The notes under the pieces were generated by a model. It was not told the DNA's origin and did not search any database. It worked only from the letters and a program-made list of their open reading frames with translations. Below are positions 61,379-64,000 of a stretch of 64,000 nucleotides of DNA, piece by piece. How positions within the stretch are numbered: the stretch's first letter is position 1; every line of letters starts with the position of its first letter. Where the stretch lies: the NCBI GenBank assembly GCA_021781455.1, contig JAJXWV010000078.1, forward strand, positions 3,991 to 67,990, read 5' to 3'. The position numbers were made by a program, and so were the translations under genes. Source of the DNA: Acidobacteriota bacterium (lineage in GTDB: Bacteria > Acidobacteriota > Thermoanaerobaculia > Gp7-AA8).

Positions 61379-62130
61379 AGCGATTCTTCCTGCTCTGGCT
61401 GATGCTCCTGGCGATCGAGACGGCGGCCGCGGTCGCGATCTCGGTCCTCATCCTCCACTCGGTGGACGCGCGGCTCGAGCCCTTCCTGACCGGACTGATT
61501 GCACCCGCGGTCCAGGCCGCTCTGCTCCTCTGGTTCTTCCCGCGTCTGCGTGACCGCGGGTTCGTGACGCCGGGTGAGGCGATCCGCTCCCGGCCGGTTG
61601 CCACGGCGGCGGCGGTCCTCCTCGGTGCGGGTGCGGTGCTGACGACGCTCGTGGTCGTGCGAGTCGCGCCGGCACGACTTTTCGACCTCGCCCGTGGCGC
61701 TGCCGCAGTGGCGGGCGCCGCGGCGTTCTTCATCGCCGGATGGCGGCGCACTCGCGGCGCCTTCTCTGCAGGTGCGATGCTCGTGATCATCGCCATCGCT
61801 ACCGGTCGCGCGGAAGCGATCTCCTCGCACGTTCTTCCTTCGCAGCCGATGGGCACCCGCTGGCTGGCCTTCGGTCTGATCTCGGCAGTGGTGGTGCTCG
61901 TGCTTCTGTTCCATGCCGTCACCGCGCTGCGCGGCTCATCGCCGCACGCCGCAACGTGGCTGGAGTGGTCGCTGGCTCCGGCGATGCTCGCCGCCCTGAT
62001 CATCCTGGCGAATTTCTACTCGCGGCCGTTGTTGACGCCCGCTTCGTCTCTGGCGGCAAACGCGTGCGGACTGGCCGCCGCGGGCCTGGCATTTCTCGCC
62101 TCGATCGCCTCGCTGCAGCGGAGCTCGTGA
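61375..62130 (+). CDS. Multi-TM hypothetical membrane protein
   Basis: Roughly 8 hydrophobic helices; translationally coupled on both sides. Confidence 0.75.
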   Translation: MKRFFLLWLMLLAIETAAAVAISVLILHSVDARLEPFLTGLIAPAVQAALLLWFFPRLRDRGFVTPGEAIRSRPVATAAAVLLGAGAVLTTLVVVRVAPARLFDLARGAAAVAGAAAFFIAGWRRTRGAFSAGAMLVIIAIATGRAEAISSHVLPSQPMGTRWLAFGLISAVVVLVLLFHAVTALRGSSPHAATWLEWSLAPAMLAALIILANFYSRPLLTPASSLAANACGLAAAGLAFLASIASLQRSS

Positions 62131-63128
62131 TGGCCAGACGGCTGCTCGACCTCGTCATTTCGGTCCGCGACCTGTTGGCGGCGGTCGTGGTCGCGATCGT
62201 TCTCGCTCCGATCTGGTTCCTTCCCTGGCGGCCGGCGTGCTGGCTGGCGCGCCGCTATGGGTTCATCGCCTTCGTGTTCTGGGGCGAAGAAAGGCGCGCC
62301 GGCATGATCAACCTGCGCCGCTCGTACGGCGTCTCGATGTCGCGACACGAGGCCAGGCGCTCGATCGCAATCGTGTTCTCGAATCTCGCCCGGAGCATCG
62401 CCGAGGCCATGCAGTTCGTGCACAGGTTCGGCCGCGGCGAAGAATGGCGGACGATCTACCGCCTCGAGGATCCTGACCTCGCGCAGCGCATCCTCGACGA
62501 TCCACGTCCGAAGATCTTTGCCACCGCCCACCTCGGATCGTGGGAAGTGACCACGCTGATTCTGCAGCGCGCGCTGGGCTCGGGAGCCGGTATCGCACGA
62601 CGCATCGACAACCGCTGGCTCGACCGGCTGGTCAAGGCGGTGCGCCTCGATGACCCCTCGCAGTGGATCGAGAAGCGAGGAGGAGCGGCCGAGGCGCTGC
62701 GCCGGCTGCGCAATGGCCAGAGCGTGGTCATGCTCGTCGACGAGAACGGCGGATGGCGCGGACCGTTCGTCGAATTCTTCGGCCGCCCTGCCTCCACCCG
62801 GAAAACGCCGGCGCTGCTGTCGCTCCTCACCGGCGCGCCGATCGTCGTCGGTGCCGCCATCCGCGACGAGAGCGCGCCACAGCCTGCATTCATCTTCCGG
62901 CTCGCCATGATCGATGCAGCGGCCGAAGATCTGACGCAGCCCGACTCGCTCATCCCGCTCACGGCCAGGATTCAGGCCATCCTCGAAGCGTGGATTCGGG
63001 AGACGCCGCGTCAGTGGCGATGGATCCACTGGAGGTGGCGAACCCGGAGCGACGGCAGCGCGGAACGCTACACGCGCCGCGATCTGGACGAAGCGTTCGC
63101 TTCTCCCGCGCCCCCGCCGTCACTCTGA
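62130..63128 (+). CDS. Lipid A late acyltransferase (LpxL/HtrB/LpxXL family)
   Basis: TAHLGSWE, MLVDE, VEFFGRPA.T, IRETPRQWRWIHWRW. Confidence 0.9.
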   Translation: MARRLLDLVISVRDLLAAVVVAIVLAPIWFLPWRPACWLARRYGFIAFVFWGEERRAGMINLRRSYGVSMSRHEARRSIAIVFSNLARSIAEAMQFVHRFGRGEEWRTIYRLEDPDLAQRILDDPRPKIFATAHLGSWEVTTLILQRALGSGAGIARRIDNRWLDRLVKAVRLDDPSQWIEKRGGAAEALRRLRNGQSVVMLVDENGGWRGPFVEFFGRPASTRKTPALLSLLTGAPIVVGAAIRDESAPQPAFIFRLAMIDAAAEDLTQPDSLIPLTARIQAILEAWIRETPRQWRWIHWRWRTRSDGSAERYTRRDLDEAFASPAPPPSL

Positions 63129-63170
63129 GAGGCTGTGCGGAAATCGAGAGCGGCGCGGACGCGCACACTT

Positions 63171-63198
63171 GTCATTCCGAGCGTCAGCGAGGAATCCG
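63171..63198. repeat. Single GTCATTCCGAGCGTCAGCGAGGAATC palindromic-element arm
   Basis: Resembles a widespread dispersed palindromic repeat type; only one copy in the window. Confidence 0.4.
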
Positions 63199-63481
63199 GG
63201 TGGGCTGGGGCGCGCTACGTTGAGCGGTTTCAGCACATTCAGGGGTCGCGGAGCCCTGCCTCTCCCTGAGAATTCGCCTGTGTTGAGCGCGGTTGAGGAG
63301 ATGTCGGGATGGCATCGAGCCGGGATGTCGTCCGACAATCGCAGATCTGTGAGACGATCCAGCGTCTGTTTGCGGGCCGTCGCACCTCGCGCGCCGGTAC
63401 GATCCTCGATGGGTCCCGGCTCAGGATGCGGTCCTGACGATCGCGTCCGCATATCTCAGCGACAAGAAAGAAGATTGATTC

Positions 63482-64000
63482 ATGCCCTTTTCCTCATTCG
63501 GACTTCACCCCGACCTGCTGCGCGGAGTCAGCGACCTCGGCTTCCAGCGGCCCACCCCGATCCAGAGCGAGTCCATTCCCCCGGCCGTGGCCGGCAAGGA
63601 CGTGCTGGCCTGCGCGATGACGGGCAGTGGCAAGAGTGCGGCCTTCCTGCTGCCGATCCTCAACCGGCTGCTCGCCAAGAAGCGCGGAACCACGCGCGCC
63701 CTCATCCTCACGCCGACCCGCGAGCTCGCCGCACAGATCGACGAGCATCTGCGCGACCTGGCCGTCCACACGCCGCTCTCCGGCGCAGCCGTTTATGGCG
63801 GCGTCGGAATGGGACCGCAGGAACACGCCTTCCGCAGCGGCGTCGACGTCATCGTGGCCACCCCCGGACGGCTGCTCGATCATTTTCAGCATCCCTATGC
63901 CAGGCTCGACGGGCTGGAGATCCTCGTCCTCGACGAGGCCGACCGCATGCTGGACATGGGATTTCTCCCCGACATCCGTCGCGTGCTGAAGCACCTGCCC
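63482..64000 (+). CDS. DEAD-box RNA helicase (RhlE-like), runs off the window end
   Basis: Q motif PTPIQ, AMTGSGKS, PTRELA, TPGRL, DEADRMLDMGF. Confidence 0.95.
   Translation, partial: MPFSSFGLHPDLLRGVSDLGFQRPTPIQSESIPPAVAGKDVLACAMTGSGKSAAFLLPILNRLLAKKRGTTRALILTPTRELAAQIDEHLRDLAVHTPLSGAAVYGGVGMGPQEHAFRSGVDVIVATPGRLLDHFQHPYARLDGLEILVLDEADRMLDMGFLPDIRRVLKHLP

Overview
High-GC bacterial chromosomal window. The host is probably Acidobacteriota, possibly Thermoanaerobaculia; this is inferred only from protein styles (Oar-like TonB-receptor motifs, an IKAVHITQLR C-terminal repeat, IPTL-CTERM). No rRNA, tRNA, CRISPR array, integrase or transposase was seen. From left to right it holds: a membrane-anchored FNR/2Fe-2S reductase, a DksA/TraR-like factor, a YdjC-fusion lipoprotein, a rhodanese interrupted by an in-frame UGA (likely selenoprotein), pncA, Hsp20, a KaiC-like ATPase/hybrid kinase/receiver operon, a HEAT + HD-GYP pair, glgX, a Tat-exported PaoABC-like molybdoenzyme, several small and secreted proteins, an unusual pilin with scattered DUF1559 motifs, a CstA operon with two small paralogues and two ArsA/GET3 ATPases (one gene inside it is inverted), a GlpX-like protein, a 14-repeat kelch protein, an RND pump, a PAS-PAS hybrid kinase, an M23 peptidase, an accessory lipid-A-like cluster (waaA, methyltransferase, IPTL-CTERM protein, lpxB, lpxD, KS/CLF-like pair, long ACP, LpxJ-like and LpxL-like acyltransferases) and a partial DEAD-box helicase. 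Intergenic DNA is rich in REP-like palindromes and in 7/8/9-mer tandem-repeat elements with inverted arms. All family calls are from motif recognition by eye, without database searches.
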